A DNA stretch of 64,000 nt from an uncultured delta proteobacterium (GCA_963790475.1 CAWBOS010000012.1:992001-1056000), one strand, 5' to 3'. Positions 47,459 through 58,577 are shown, numbered from the stretch's first letter. A program made the numbers and translations. The notes: generated by a model not told the origin, from the sequence alone.

Positions 47459-48888
47459 GCACATCGCCGATATCCATCAAAGAGGGTGTAAAAAAAGCCC
47501 TGGAAAACCCGGCTCGCCTGGTGAATATCCAGACCGCCGCCGAAAGGTTTTACACCGGGCGTATCGATGCTTTAAAGACACTGCCGGATTCGGATGCCGT
47601 GCGCGACCTGGGGCGCAAGATCCGCGCCCACACCATCGCCCATCTGGACCAATATTTGCTTCAATTCGAGGCCTCTTTGTCGGCCCTGGGCGGGGTGGTG
47701 CACTGGGCCAGGGATGCCCAGGAGGCCGGTGAAATCATCACCCAGATTGCCTGCGCAGCCAAGGTCAAGCGCATTGCCAAATCCAAAAGCATGGTCAGCG
47801 AGGAAATCCAGCTCAATGCCCGGTTGGAAGCAGCGGGGATGGAAATTGTGGAGACCGACCTGGGGGAATATATCGCCCAACTCAGCGGAGACCATCCTTC
47901 GCACATTATCGCCCCCGTGGTGCATCTCAACCGAAAAGATGTAGGGCGCATCTTCGCCGAGAAGCTCAAGGTCCCCTATACGGAAAACATTCCGGAACTC
48001 AACGCCATCGCCAGGAGCAGCCTGCGGGAAGTATTTTTGGGCGCCGATATGGGCATCAGCGGCTGCAACTTTGCCGTGGCTGAAACCGGCACGATCTGTC
48101 TGGTGACCAACGAAGGTAATGGACGCATGGTGACCAGCCTGCCGCGGGTCCATGTGGCTTTGATGGGAATGGAAAGGATCGTCCCCACCATCAAAGACCT
48201 GGGTGTCCTGCTCCAACTCCTGGCGCGCAGCGCCACCGGGCAAAAGATGTCTTCCTATACCTCGCTGATTACGGGGCCGCGCCGGCGGCCGGAGGCCAAC
48301 GGGCCTGAAGAACTGCATGTGGTGATCCTGGATAATGGACGTTCAGGCGTCCTGGGGAGTGACCTGGCCGAAGTGCTTTACTGCATCCGCTGTGCCGCCT
48401 GCTTGAACGCCTGCCCGGTCTACCGCAGCATCGGCGGACACGCTTATGGTGCTGTCTACACGGGACCTATCGGTTCGGTCATCTCTCCCGCCCTGGGCGG
48501 TATCCCGCTGTATGCCGATCTGCCGCAGGCCAGCACCTTATGCGGCGCCTGCCAGGAAGCCTGCCCGGTTCGGATTGACCTTCCCACCCTGCTGTTGCGC
48601 TTGCGAAACAAAGCCATTCGGCAGGGGATCTCCCCCCTGTGGATGAAGGCCGGCATGAAAGGCTTCCGATGGGTTGTTACTGATGCCAAGCGTTACACCT
48701 TCCTGACTTCGCTGGCCGGGATTTTCGGCAAGCTCCTCGGCCAACGCTGGCTGACCTGGCTGCCGGGCCCTCTCGGCGGATGGACACGCTACCGGGCCTT
48801 CCCCCCTTTTAGTAAGAGTTTTCAGCAACGCCATCGGAACGTAAACAAGGCAAAAACCGAGGATGCCCCGCCAGCGGGACAAGGGTAA
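47455..48888 (+). CDS. lutB: L-lactate utilization Fe-S protein B
   Basis: KSKSM, ETDLGE, PSHI, NEGN, CIRCAACLNACP, STLCGACQEACP. Confidence 0.95.
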   Translation: MSTSPISIKEGVKKALENPARLVNIQTAAERFYTGRIDALKTLPDSDAVRDLGRKIRAHTIAHLDQYLLQFEASLSALGGVVHWARDAQEAGEIITQIACAAKVKRIAKSKSMVSEEIQLNARLEAAGMEIVETDLGEYIAQLSGDHPSHIIAPVVHLNRKDVGRIFAEKLKVPYTENIPELNAIARSSLREVFLGADMGISGCNFAVAETGTICLVTNEGNGRMVTSLPRVHVALMGMERIVPTIKDLGVLLQLLARSATGQKMSSYTSLITGPRRRPEANGPEELHVVILDNGRSGVLGSDLAEVLYCIRCAACLNACPVYRSIGGHAYGAVYTGPIGSVISPALGGIPLYADLPQASTLCGACQEACPVRIDLPTLLLRLRNKAIRQGISPLWMKAGMKGFRWVVTDAKRYTFLTSLAGIFGKLLGQRWLTWLPGPLGGWTRYRAFPPFSKSFQQRHRNVNKAKTEDAPPAGQG

Positions 48889-48955
48889 AGTTCCGAATGG
48901 TTATTAACGAAAAATTGTTTCAGTTTAGCTTTTTGAAATTCAAATACTTTTATTG

Positions 48956-49114
48956 GACAGGATTTACAGGATTCCTTTTTTCGTGCCTTTCTGGTAGAAA
49001 GGCACAAACCGAATCGTCCTGCGGATTGTCTTAGTTTTCGCTGAAAGCGGATCGAAGTTGCTCAGGGCCTTTCAGGGCCTGAGCAAAGACCATATAAATC
49101 CTGTTAATCCTGTC
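48956..49114. repeat. Inverted-repeat element (gacaggatttacaggatt / aatcctgttaatcctgtc) between lutB and lutC
   Basis: Near-perfect 18-bp terminal inverted repeat with an internal hairpin (gctcaggg...cctgagc). Confidence 0.65.
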
Positions 49115-49139
49115 AGATAATTTTTTCCCTTAGGTAGGG

Positions 49140-49805
49140 ATGGAAATGAGTAGTGATTCCCGTCAAAAAATATTAGAGAACATCCGGGATGGATTAAAAA
49201 AATCCCTGCTGCCGGAGGCAACAGCCGAAGCGCCGGCGCTCGAATTTCCAGGCAATGCCGGCGGCGTGGATAGGTTTGTTAGTGAATTTGAAAAACTTTC
49301 CGGAAAGGCTTACAGGGTACGGACCCAAAATGAAGCCTTTGATCTGGCAATCAAGATCTTTGCCGAACGCGGCTGGAAACAAACGCTGATCTGGGAAATT
49401 CTCCTGAACAAGAATGCACCGTTTCGACAATTACTGGATAAGGCCGGAATTGAGGTTCATACGGTCGGGGAAACCCGGGATTTGGCGAAAGTCCGCGTAG
49501 GGATCACCGGCGTTCAGGCGGCCCTGGCCGACACGGGCTCCCTGGTGCTGCAGAATACTCCCGGTCAGCCGTCCTTTGTTTCCCTGCTCCCGGAGGTGCA
49601 TCTGGCCTTGCTGCGCGCTGACGACATCCATCCCAACTTACAGGCCTATCTGGAAAGCATCGATGATCTGAAACAGCAGGTCTCCGCCAGCAATAACCTG
49701 GTATTCATCACCGGTCCCAGCCGCACCGGGGACATTGAACTCACTCTGACCCTGGGTGTCCATGGTCCTGGCGAAGTGATGGTGATTATCTGGGAGAATG
49801 AATAA
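49140..49805 (+). CDS. lutC: L-lactate utilization protein C (LUD domain)
   Basis: ADTGSL, SLLPEVH, ITGPSRTGDIE, GVHGP. Confidence 0.93.
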   Translation: MEMSSDSRQKILENIRDGLKKSLLPEATAEAPALEFPGNAGGVDRFVSEFEKLSGKAYRVRTQNEAFDLAIKIFAERGWKQTLIWEILLNKNAPFRQLLDKAGIEVHTVGETRDLAKVRVGITGVQAALADTGSLVLQNTPGQPSFVSLLPEVHLALLRADDIHPNLQAYLESIDDLKQQVSASNNLVFITGPSRTGDIELTLTLGVHGPGEVMVIIWENE

Positions 49806-50016
49806 TCACCTGGGTTGCAGGTTGCGAGTATCTTATCCTTAAAAACAAGTACAAATAATGCTGTTTGGCTCAAGGTTCGTATCATTCCTTCAGTTCCCCA
49901 GGGGGGAACGAGACGATACGGTCGGGCCGCTCGACTTCGTCGAGCTTTTGAAAAGGCTCCTGGCCGGGAGCCGATCTGTCGATCTAAGAGAAGAGAATTC
50001 CCTAGGAGACCGTGAC

Positions 50017-53000
50017 ATGAAAACAGAGTTGTTGAAATCAGAAATTGGCTTCTATTTTCGTATTAAGCCTCTGTTTTACCTGTTCCTCGTCCAGGGATTA
50101 ATCCTGTCGATTCTCCTTTTCCTGACGGCCTGCCTGCCATGGGATCGGGGAGCCACGCAATTATTCTGGCAGATCGGCCGGCCCGATAACAACAACCAGG
50201 AATTTGCCCTGGCCCCGGACCGATCCGTTGATTATGACGAAGACGGATTGTTTGTGGTTGGCCAGTCTGACAGCAGGACGGATTGGCCTTTCGTTCATCC
50301 GGGGCCAAACGATCGGTGGGCCGGCGGACGAAGCCACACCTTCACTGTCCTTTTCGGAGTGAACCATCCCCCGCTTTCGGGCCATTGCCGGCTCATTTTG
50401 AAATTGATAGATACCCACAAGCACCACCCGCCGCGCTTGCGGGTGGTGATCAACGGAAAATCCTTTGACCGGGATCTGCCCTCAGGTACCGGAGAGGCCT
50501 CGATAAACGGGGAACCCCAAAAAGGACGTCACTCCGAGATAAAAATCACCTTTCCGGCAAACCTGCTTCAACAAGGGGATAATGAGATAAAATTCATTAC
50601 GCTTAGCGGCGGCTGGTACCTCTATGACTGGGTGGGGCTTTATACCCCTGTGAGTATGGCCTACAGGCCTCTATCTGCCCGCAACCAGGTGCGGGACATA
50701 CTATCGCATCATTTTTTAAGGGAGCAGGATGACGGGCGTTTCCAGAAGATACGATTCCAAATACGGCATATCGGTGAGCCCTCGCCTGCCATCCTGCGTA
50801 TCCAGGGAGTCCAGCCCAGAGCCGTTATCCTGCGCAGGGTATCGGAAGAGATCGAGATACCGGTTCCCGCCGTGAAACGTGAAAAAAAGGTCCGGGTTTC
50901 TGTCGAGGTCGAGGGAAAACAACTGGTCGATCGGGAGGTGATCCTGAGGCCTATCCAAGCTCTGAAAATTTTTATCCTGCCCCATTCCCACACCGACGTC
51001 GGTTATACGGAAATACAGACTACGGTAGCGGAAAAACAGGTGAACCACCTGCTGCAGGGAATGGAATACGCGGAAAGAACATCGAATTATCCGAAGGGTT
51101 CACAGTTTGTCTGGAATGTCGAGGTCCTGTGGGCGGCGGATTTGTTTATGCACCGTCTGTCCGCTGCTCAGCGGGTCCGTTTCCTGGAGGCGGTGAAAAA
51201 AGGCCGTGTGGCTTTGAACGGGATGTATCTCAACGAGTTGACCGGCCTGTGCCGGCCGGAGGAATTGCTGCGGCTTTTTCAGTGGGCGCCCCGCCTGGCC
51301 GAACAAGGTGGAGTCCCGATTGATTCGGCCATGCAAAGCGATATACCCGGTGCCACCTGGGGGACCGTCACCGCCATGTCAGAGGCCGGTATCAAATATT
51401 TTTCAACGGCCCCCAATTATTTCGACCGTATCGGGGAGACTCTGGTCCGCTGGGAAAACAGGCCTTTTTACTGGATCTCTCCCTCCGGCCGGGAAAAAGT
51501 GCTGGTTTGGATTCCTTATAAAGGGTATGCCCTCTCAGACCTGATAAAGAAATTGACGCCGCAATTTTTGGAGGATTATCAAAACCGCCTGCTGAGGCAG
51601 GGCTACCTCTATGATATTGCCTATATCCGCTGGAGTGCCGTCGGTGACAACGCCGGTCCGGATTCGGCCATCTGCGATTTCGTAAGAGATTGGAACACCA
51701 GGCATCATTCCCCCCGTCTGGTGATTGCCTCCACCCATACCGCTTTCCGCGCCCTGGAACTGCGCCACGGCAATCGGCTTCCGCGGGTGCGCGGGGACTG
51801 GACGTCTAACTGGGAGGACGGAGCGGGCTCATCGGCCCTGGAGACGGCCATGAACCGGGCCAGTTCGGACCGCCTGGCCCAGGCGGAGGCCCTGTGGGCC
51901 ATGATTAATCCCGGCGGTTTTCCGAGGGCCGCCTTTGATGAAGCTTGGCGTCAGGTTCTCCTTTTTTCTGAACACACCTGGGGTGCCGATATCAGCGTAT
52001 TGAATCCTGAAAGCGAAAAAACCCGGGAGCAGTGGGAAATCAAGCGTTCTTACGCCAATCAGGCCGAGAAACAGTCGCGTGACCTCTTGGCCCGGGCTCT
52101 GGAAAATCGGCAGGGAATGGGCCTTTTCGCTTCATCCGTCAAGTGGGCGGGTAAGGATAAATACCCTGAACCTTATCAAGAAATCGACGTATTCAATACT
52201 ACCTCCTGGCCCCGTACGGAACTGGTGACCCTTTCAAAGGATTTCCCCTTTCCCGGCGGAGACCGAGTGGTCGATGACCGGGGCAGGCCGGTGTCTTCTC
52301 AACGCCTGAAAAACGGGGAATTAGCTTTCATTGCCCGAGAAGTGCCCCCTCTGGCCGTCAGACGATATCGTGCTTCGGCCGGGACTCCTTTTGCTGAGGG
52401 GAAGGCTGCCGCATCAGGGACAGTGATAGAAAATGGGATCCTGCACCTAGGCCTGGATGAGAAAACCGGTGGCATCATTGATTTCCGGATAGACAAGGTA
52501 GACGGGAACCTGGTCGATACCGGTTCCGGACAGGGTTTGAATGAGTACCTGTATCTCCAGGGCGACAATCCGGCCGAAGCCCGACGGAACGGCCTAGTGA
52601 AGATAAGCGTCAAAGAATCCGGCCCTCTCGTGGCCTCCCTGCTCATCGAGTCCAAAGCTCCGGGCTGCCGGAAACTGTTAAGGGAAGTGCGCCTGACAGC
52701 CGGCTTTGACTATGCGGAGTTAATCGACACCGTTGATAAAAAGCGTCTGAAGGCCAAGAGCTATTATGACCGCCAGGGGAAAGAAAGCGTCAATTTCGCC
52801 TTCCCCTTTAATGTGGGCCAGGGCGAAATACGGATGGATATCCCCTGGGCGGTGATACGGCCGGAAATGGACCAAATACCCGGCTCCTCAAAAAATTGGT
52901 TAACAGTCGGGCGATGGGCGGACGTCTCCAACGACCGCTTTGGCGTTACCTGGATTACCCTTGACGCCCCGCTGGTTGAAATCGGGGGGATTACCGCCAC

Positions 53001-53496
53001 CCTGCTCAATTCCCAGACCGATCTCCAGGTCTGGCGCAAGAAAATTGAACCCACCCAGAAGCTTTATTCCTGGGTGATGAACAATCACTGGGGGACCAAC
53101 TACCGGGCCTTTCAGGAGGGGCCGGTCGTGTTTCGCTACCTGCTGCGTCCCCACCTGGGCTTCAACCCGATCGAAGCCTCGCGGCTGGCCATCGGCCGGA
53201 GCCAACCGCTGATCGCGGTACCGGCCCGGGGACCTGAGCCTTCGGCGAAGCCGCTGCTGCAGGTGGATTCGGATAAGGTCCTGGTAGCTGGTGTGAAGCC
53301 CAGCGACGATGGGAAGGCTTTGATCGTCAGACTTTTCGGGGCCGCAGGCCAGACAGTGAAAACACATCTCTTTTGGAAGGGAACGGGACCGAAAAAGATC
53401 TGGTTGAGTGACACCAGTGAGAGAGGCCGCCGGAAACAACATGGGCCGATCGAAGTGCCGGCCTACGGTCTGGTAACCCTGCGGGTCGAGGGGTGA
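50017..53496 (+). CDS. Glycoside hydrolase family 38-like protein with N-terminal beta-sandwich; possible lipoprotein
   Basis: PHSHTDVGY, DIPG, WEDG, EHTWG, MNNHWGTN; hydrophobic stretch ending LTAC; RBS aggag before ATG 50017. Confidence 0.85.
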   Translation: MKTELLKSEIGFYFRIKPLFYLFLVQGLILSILLFLTACLPWDRGATQLFWQIGRPDNNNQEFALAPDRSVDYDEDGLFVVGQSDSRTDWPFVHPGPNDRWAGGRSHTFTVLFGVNHPPLSGHCRLILKLIDTHKHHPPRLRVVINGKSFDRDLPSGTGEASINGEPQKGRHSEIKITFPANLLQQGDNEIKFITLSGGWYLYDWVGLYTPVSMAYRPLSARNQVRDILSHHFLREQDDGRFQKIRFQIRHIGEPSPAILRIQGVQPRAVILRRVSEEIEIPVPAVKREKKVRVSVEVEGKQLVDREVILRPIQALKIFILPHSHTDVGYTEIQTTVAEKQVNHLLQGMEYAERTSNYPKGSQFVWNVEVLWAADLFMHRLSAAQRVRFLEAVKKGRVALNGMYLNELTGLCRPEELLRLFQWAPRLAEQGGVPIDSAMQSDIPGATWGTVTAMSEAGIKYFSTAPNYFDRIGETLVRWENRPFYWISPSGREKVLVWIPYKGYALSDLIKKLTPQFLEDYQNRLLRQGYLYDIAYIRWSAVGDNAGPDSAICDFVRDWNTRHHSPRLVIASTHTAFRALELRHGNRLPRVRGDWTSNWEDGAGSSALETAMNRASSDRLAQAEALWAMINPGGFPRAAFDEAWRQVLLFSEHTWGADISVLNPESEKTREQWEIKRSYANQAEKQSRDLLARALENRQGMGLFASSVKWAGKDKYPEPYQEIDVFNTTSWPRTELVTLSKDFPFPGGDRVVDDRGRPVSSQRLKNGELAFIAREVPPLAVRRYRASAGTPFAEGKAAASGTVIENGILHLGLDEKTGGIIDFRIDKVDGNLVDTGSGQGLNEYLYLQGDNPAEARRNGLVKISVKESGPLVASLLIESKAPGCRKLLREVRLTAGFDYAELIDTVDKKRLKAKSYYDRQGKESVNFAFPFNVGQGEIRMDIPWAVIRPEMDQIPGSSKNWLTVGRWADVSNDRFGVTWITLDAPLVEIGGITATLLNSQTDLQVWRKKIEPTQKLYSWVMNNHWGTNYRAFQEGPVVFRYLLRPHLGFNPIEASRLAIGRSQPLIAVPARGPEPSAKPLLQVDSDKVLVAGVKPSDDGKALIVRLFGAAGQTVKTHLFWKGTGPKKIWLSDTSERGRRKQHGPIEVPAYGLVTLRVEG

Positions 53497-53524
53497 TGGT
53501 GATTATTTGGGAGAAAGAGTAAAG

Positions 53525-53598
53525 AGACCCCTGAAAAATGCCCGCCTTTTGACCGATCTTTCTCGTCAAGCTCAAATTTCAAACCTCGAAATATTCCA
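53525..53598. repeat. Partial copy of the 17884 MITE-like element
   Basis: agacccctgaaaaat...ctcaaatttcaaacctcgaaatattcca matches 17884-17955. Confidence 0.6.
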
Positions 53599-53599
53599 T

Positions 53600-54760
53600 T
53601 CAGTCTTTGAAGGCGGTGAGGGGTTCCCGGATCAATTCTCCTTTTGCGAAGCGCTCCAAAGAGAGACAGGAGATATCGATGCCGGGTTTTTCACCCAGGA
53701 TCAGCTCGGCTATGACTTTTCCTACCGCCGGGCTGTGCTGGAAGCCATGGCCGCTGAAACCATTGGCCAGGAAGAATCCTCTCAATCCGGGAAATTCTCC
53801 CAGTATGGCATGGTTGTCGGGAGAGATCTCATAAGATCCGGCCCAGCCGCGGTCTATCTCCGCCTTCTCCATGATGGGTACCCGGTGCATGGAGTTCCGG
53901 GCCACCTCCACCATGGCCTCGTAATCCACGTTCAGGTTAAAGGAAGGGAAATCGTCTTTGGGCCCGGAAATCAACAAACCTGCTCCTTCTCTTCGGAAAT
54001 ACCAGCCCCGGTGAAAGTCGATGACCAGGGGAATGGGATCGGGAATATGGGAGAAAGGCCTGGTGAAGAATAGCTGCCGACGAAAAGGTTGAACCGGGAC
54101 CTCCGCCCCAGCCATTTTGCCTACTTCCCCGGCGAAGGGGCCGGCCGCATTGACTACAACGGGCGAATCGATATCACCCCGAGGGGTCCGAACCCCGGCC
54201 ACCCGGTTACCCTTTTGCAGAATCCGGAGGACCTCGGTCTGCTCATAAATTTTTACCCCGCCTTTCCGCGCCCCCCGGGTGAAGCCGCTCAAAGCTTCAT
54301 AAGGACCGGCATAGCCATCCCAGGTGCAGAAGGTTCCCCCTTTTAGGTCATCGACCCGGAGATAGGGCCAGCGGTATTGGATTTCCTGGGGGGATAGAAG
54401 TTCGACGGGAATTCCGAACCGGTGCTGGAGGTCGGAATTGTTTCGAAATACGGCCCACTCCTCTTCGTCGGCGGCCAGGAACAGGTAGCCGACTTTTTTA
54501 AAGTCAAGCTCAGTGCCCATGATTTCCTGAAAATGGTTCCAGGTGTTGAAACTCTCCAGGGAGAAGCGGATGTTGATCTCGGTGGAGAATTGAGCCCGTA
54601 TTCCACCGGCGCATTTGGCCGTGGACCCTTCACCCAGAAACCCCTTTTCCAGGAGCACGACCCCCCGGGCCTTTTTCCGGGCCAGATGGTAGGCGATGCT
54701 GGTGCCGATGATCCCGCCGCCGATAATAACAATGTCCGCCGTTTTTTCCAATCGATTCAT
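53600..54760 (-). CDS. FAD-dependent oxidoreductase (sarcosine oxidase beta/DAO family)
   Basis: IIGGGIIG, VVNAAG, WAGSYEISPD, GFSGHGFQHSP. Confidence 0.93.
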   Translation of the reverse strand: MNRLEKTADIVIIGGGIIGTSIAYHLARKKARGVVLLEKGFLGEGSTAKCAGGIRAQFSTEINIRFSLESFNTWNHFQEIMGTELDFKKVGYLFLAADEEEWAVFRNNSDLQHRFGIPVELLSPQEIQYRWPYLRVDDLKGGTFCTWDGYAGPYEALSGFTRGARKGGVKIYEQTEVLRILQKGNRVAGVRTPRGDIDSPVVVNAAGPFAGEVGKMAGAEVPVQPFRRQLFFTRPFSHIPDPIPLVIDFHRGWYFRREGAGLLISGPKDDFPSFNLNVDYEAMVEVARNSMHRVPIMEKAEIDRGWAGSYEISPDNHAILGEFPGLRGFFLANGFSGHGFQHSPAVGKVIAELILGEKPGIDISCLSLERFAKGELIREPLTAFKD

Positions 54761-54817
54761 TCCCTTTGCTTTTCCGATTCCCTAACCCGGACAAGCCGGA
54801 ACCAAATTTGGTAGGAT

Positions 54818-54933
54818 CGTAAAAAGTCGCCGAAACAGCTTTTCAGTCATTCCGGCGAAAGCCGGAATCCAGGATTTTCAGAAACCTATCATTTTCCTGG
54901 ACACCGGCTTCCGCCGGTGTGACGACTTTTTAC
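54818..54933. repeat. REP/MITE-like palindromic element
   Basis: gtaaaaagtcg...gtcattccggcgaaagccggaatccag...ctggacaccggcttccgccggtgtgacgactttttac. Confidence 0.8.
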
Positions 54934-55031
54934 TGGATCATGACATTTAATAAATTTTATCCAATTTGAAAAGAATTTAAGTCGTTAGTTACTAATAATT
55001 ATGGGAAAGGACAGGGTCAGCTTCTGCGTGA

Positions 55032-55466
55032 CTAAAAAGTTCCCAATTGACAGGAACCAATCTTAATTCTTAAGTTCTCACAGGCAGAGGTGATTTCTTT
55101 CTTGGCCATTTTGAATTTCACCGCGATCTCCCAGGCCGAGGCACAGGAGAGTTTCCCCTTAACCAGGGAGGCCCGTATGACCTCTTCCAGGGCCGGTGAT
55201 ACGGTTTCCGCCGCCGTGACCGCCTTATCGGGAGGGCCATATCCGAAAAGACCAAGCTGGCATTTAAAGATGGGTATCTCAAGCAAATCGATGGTAACCC
55301 CTACTTCACCGGGCGTTACTTTTAATTTGCCGACTACTTTAAAGGCGGCGGTACAGGATATTTTATCGTCCTTGATTTCCTGTTTCACGGCCTCGGCGAT
55401 TGCCGGATTCAATTTGAGTTCCGGTGCCCTTTTTTTCGCATACTTTCCTTTGTCGGTGTGGGTCAT
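55032..55466 (-). CDS. Hypothetical protein with duplicated Cys-containing module
   Basis: ISCTAAF...CQLGLF and LSCASAW...CQLGTF internal repeat; RBS ggagg before ATG 55466. Confidence 0.75.
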   Translation of the reverse strand: MTHTDKGKYAKKRAPELKLNPAIAEAVKQEIKDDKISCTAAFKVVGKLKVTPGEVGVTIDLLEIPIFKCQLGLFGYGPPDKAVTAAETVSPALEEVIRASLVKGKLSCASAWEIAVKFKMAKKEITSACENLRIKIGSCQLGTF

Positions 55467-55572
55467 GGATTTCCTCCCGTTAGTATTTTCTCTATTTTTG
55501 AAATCAATTTCCTTCCGGCAGATTATCTTTTTTCCGGCCGAAATAAGAATTGTTATTATTGTCAATAGTCCC

Positions 55573-56376
55573 CTATCGGCCAGCCTTTCTTCGGGCAAAA
55601 TCTTCCACCGCTTTGGAAAATTCCGGGGTAAAGACCGAGATACTCTGGTTGCGGTCTTCGAGGTTTATGGCCGCCGCTAAAGACGGGGCGGTGAGGTTCT
55701 GATTTAAAGCCTCTTTGGTCAGTCTAAGAGCAGTGGGGCTTTTTTCTTTCATGAGCCTGGCGTGGGCTAAAGCGGTCTCCAAAAGTTTCTCCTCCTCAAC
55801 CACCCTGTTGACCATTCCGATTTGTTGCGCTTCGTAGGCATCAACGGTGCGGCCGGTGAGCAATATTTCGGCGGCCCGGATGGAACCCACGGCCTTCTGC
55901 AGGAAAAAGGTGCTCCCCAGTTCTCCCCCTGAAAGACCGATATTTATAAAAGAGGGGGTAAAGGCGGCCTTGGAAGTGGCGAAAACCGCATCGGAGGCCA
56001 GGGCCAGACACATTCCGCCTCCTGCCGCCGGGCCGTTGACCGCACTGATGACCGGCTGGGGAATGGCCCGGAGGCGGGTTATGATGGATGAAAACCTTTT
56101 TTGCACTTTAAAAAGGTGAGTAGCCGCGTTTTGATGGTGCTGGGCGGCCTCGGCCTTCGAGCGCTCGTCTTTTAGATCGGCCCCGGCACAAAACCCCCGG
56201 CCCGCACCGGTCAGGATTATTACCCTGACGGTGGGAGAGTCCTCAAGTTCGTCGTACAGTCGGTGCAACTCATCGAGCAGGTTGAGGCTCAGGGCGTTTA
56301 GACGGGCGGGGCGGTTGAGGGTAATTAACCCGATGCCGGGTTCGATTTCCGTGAAAATAAGGGTGTCAAAGTCCAT
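55573..56376 (-). CDS. Enoyl-CoA hydratase/isomerase family protein
   Basis: LNRPARLNAL, GRGFCAGAD, VNGPAAGGG. Confidence 0.95.
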   Translation of the reverse strand: MDFDTLIFTEIEPGIGLITLNRPARLNALSLNLLDELHRLYDELEDSPTVRVIILTGAGRGFCAGADLKDERSKAEAAQHHQNAATHLFKVQKRFSSIITRLRAIPQPVISAVNGPAAGGGMCLALASDAVFATSKAAFTPSFINIGLSGGELGSTFFLQKAVGSIRAAEILLTGRTVDAYEAQQIGMVNRVVEEEKLLETALAHARLMKEKSPTALRLTKEALNQNLTAPSLAAAINLEDRNQSISVFTPEFSKAVEDFARRKAGR

Positions 56377-56531
56377 AAATCTTCTCCTTACCAATAATGT
56401 TAGGCCTGAAAAAGTGTAACACTTTAACCTTATGAAAAAAAATATCTGTCTAAAAAAGTTTTTGAACTATTCATCCGAAAATATTATTTCCGGAGAATAT
56501 TAGATAGAGACTTTTTCTTCTATTCATTCGC

Positions 56532-57758
56532 TTAATGGGTCAGGTCCTCAACTCCCATTTTTCTCGATGGCAAGACTATTGTTGCCGTTCCGTTCGGAAT
56601 CATAAAGTTGCCGTCATGATCCTCAGCGGTAATTACTAGGTCGATCAGGTGTTTCCTTTGCTGCACATATTTTTTGACCACCTTACCCTTACACAAGGCC
56701 AGGGAATCCCGATACAAGACCCCGCGAAGCTGGTCTCCCATCTTCTTGATGAATCCGTCGTCACCCATCCAGTTGGAAATCATGCGCCCCAGCCAGGCCC
56801 GGATTTGCATGCCCAGACAGTTGGCCCGCGGCATGCCCAGCCGTTGGGCGGCGGCATCGGCCAGATGCCAATGGGTGAAATCGGGCAGACCGCTCTCCGG
56901 ATCGATCATATTCTTCCAGGTGTCCCGGTTGTGGGCCATAAATGTCCGCCAACTGACGCTTTTGCCCATGGCGGCGGAATAGGCGATTGCTTCAGCCTGG
57001 GTAAAGACGTGATGTGTCGGCGGAAGCTCGTCCCCTTCATTGACGTCCTCCCAGAAGAGGGGATTCCCGCCCCGGATTTTTTCTTTTTCCGCCCGTTCAA
57101 ACCAATTTTCCACTTCAGGGCTGGAAAAGCGGCGAAATTGAGGCGGTTTCCCAACCTGTACCTTATCCGACGAAGGCTTTCTCAGCACTACGGCTATTCC
57201 GGCGATATCCACAACGGCCACTACTTCACCCCGTTGATTTGTAAAGACGCGGTTTCCATTAACCAGAAATTGTAAGGCGGTATTCTCTCGGGTTATGTCC
57301 CTGACCGATGTAGGATATTCAAACACCGAAAACCTGTCGTCCTCCCGTATGATTTTAAACCATTCCACCGAAACCCCGGCGTCGACTCGGGCGACGTGAA
57401 AATCCAGATCCTCCGCCGCTTTGGCGATTCCGGAATAGGGGGCGATGGCCCCCAGGAACTGAGGGGGTGCGATGATGCCGCCGTAGCGGCTGTTCTTTAC
57501 ATAATCCCGGTTGCAATACAAGGGATTGATATCACCAATGGCATCACAAAACTGTCGGATGGCGTCTTCGGTGGCCACCCGGCGCGTCATCCTGTAAGCA
57601 CCCATCTTATAACCGGTTTCCGGGTCGGGACCGTCGACCGTCACCGGCCGCGGCTTTCCCAATTCAAGTTTCGATTCAATTTCGGCGATGATTCTTTCCC
57701 TTATTTCTTTATCACCTTTGGCTCGCTTAATTTCTTCCTCCGTCATATATCTCTTCAT
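56532..57758 (-). CDS. MaoC-like double hot-dog dehydratase
   Basis: IRQFCDAIGDINPLY, GIIAPPQF, FWEDV..GDELP, NWMGDDG. Confidence 0.85.
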   Translation of the reverse strand: MKRYMTEEEIKRAKGDKEIRERIIAEIESKLELGKPRPVTVDGPDPETGYKMGAYRMTRRVATEDAIRQFCDAIGDINPLYCNRDYVKNSRYGGIIAPPQFLGAIAPYSGIAKAAEDLDFHVARVDAGVSVEWFKIIREDDRFSVFEYPTSVRDITRENTALQFLVNGNRVFTNQRGEVVAVVDIAGIAVVLRKPSSDKVQVGKPPQFRRFSSPEVENWFERAEKEKIRGGNPLFWEDVNEGDELPPTHHVFTQAEAIAYSAAMGKSVSWRTFMAHNRDTWKNMIDPESGLPDFTHWHLADAAAQRLGMPRANCLGMQIRAWLGRMISNWMGDDGFIKKMGDQLRGVLYRDSLALCKGKVVKKYVQQRKHLIDLVITAEDHDGNFMIPNGTATIVLPSRKMGVEDLTH

Positions 57759-58577
57759 AATTTTTGGACCTTTGCCCCACTAAAATGGGGACCTCTCTTA
57801 AGGAAATGCTGACTTCACCAATAGGGGTAGCTCGATGCTCAAAAAGAAAAAAAGTTGAAAACGGAAAATATCAAGATAATTACAAGTAAATAATGAGGAA
57901 AAGGGGGGAAGTCAAGGGGAAAAAGTTTTACTGATCTCAGTGGATCCGGACATATCTCTGGTTATTACAATGACGAAGTAACTTACAGGTTTGCCTGAAT
58001 TAAATTCACACAAAAATCAACAGGCCAGCTCTTTTTCGAAAGCGGTTGGGAAAAACTTGATAACAGGATGATATAATTATCATAAAAGTTATAATAGCGT
58101 TTAGTACCCAATGGGCCTTCCTGAATCCTATTCCGGTTAATCTAATAATCCCCCTATTTATTTAAAAAAGGGACTAAAACATCCCCAAGCCAATACCGTC
58201 GGTTTGGAAGAAACTTGAGGCCATCTTCTCGGTCAGCGGTTTGCGTCCGGGTCATTTCAAATCCGAACTTACATTAGCCTCTTTTAAACAAAAAATTACA
58301 TAATATAAATATGTTAACATTGGTTATCACTCCCGGATAACAGCGAGGCAAGTTCTTATTGGAGAAGGGTTTTCTTCGTCTGCGACCAATGGGGGGTCTC
58401 CGGATTATTTCATTCTTTGTGAATTTCATTCAATTAAATTTTTCTTATTGACTTAAATTTACAGCTATGGCTTAGTTAATAACCGACTTTGAATCATACG
58501 ATCTTAAGGTTTGGTTATTTCTTTCAGGCCACCTTTGGCTCCACCTTCCGAATCGATTGACTGGACAGGACCTCTTA

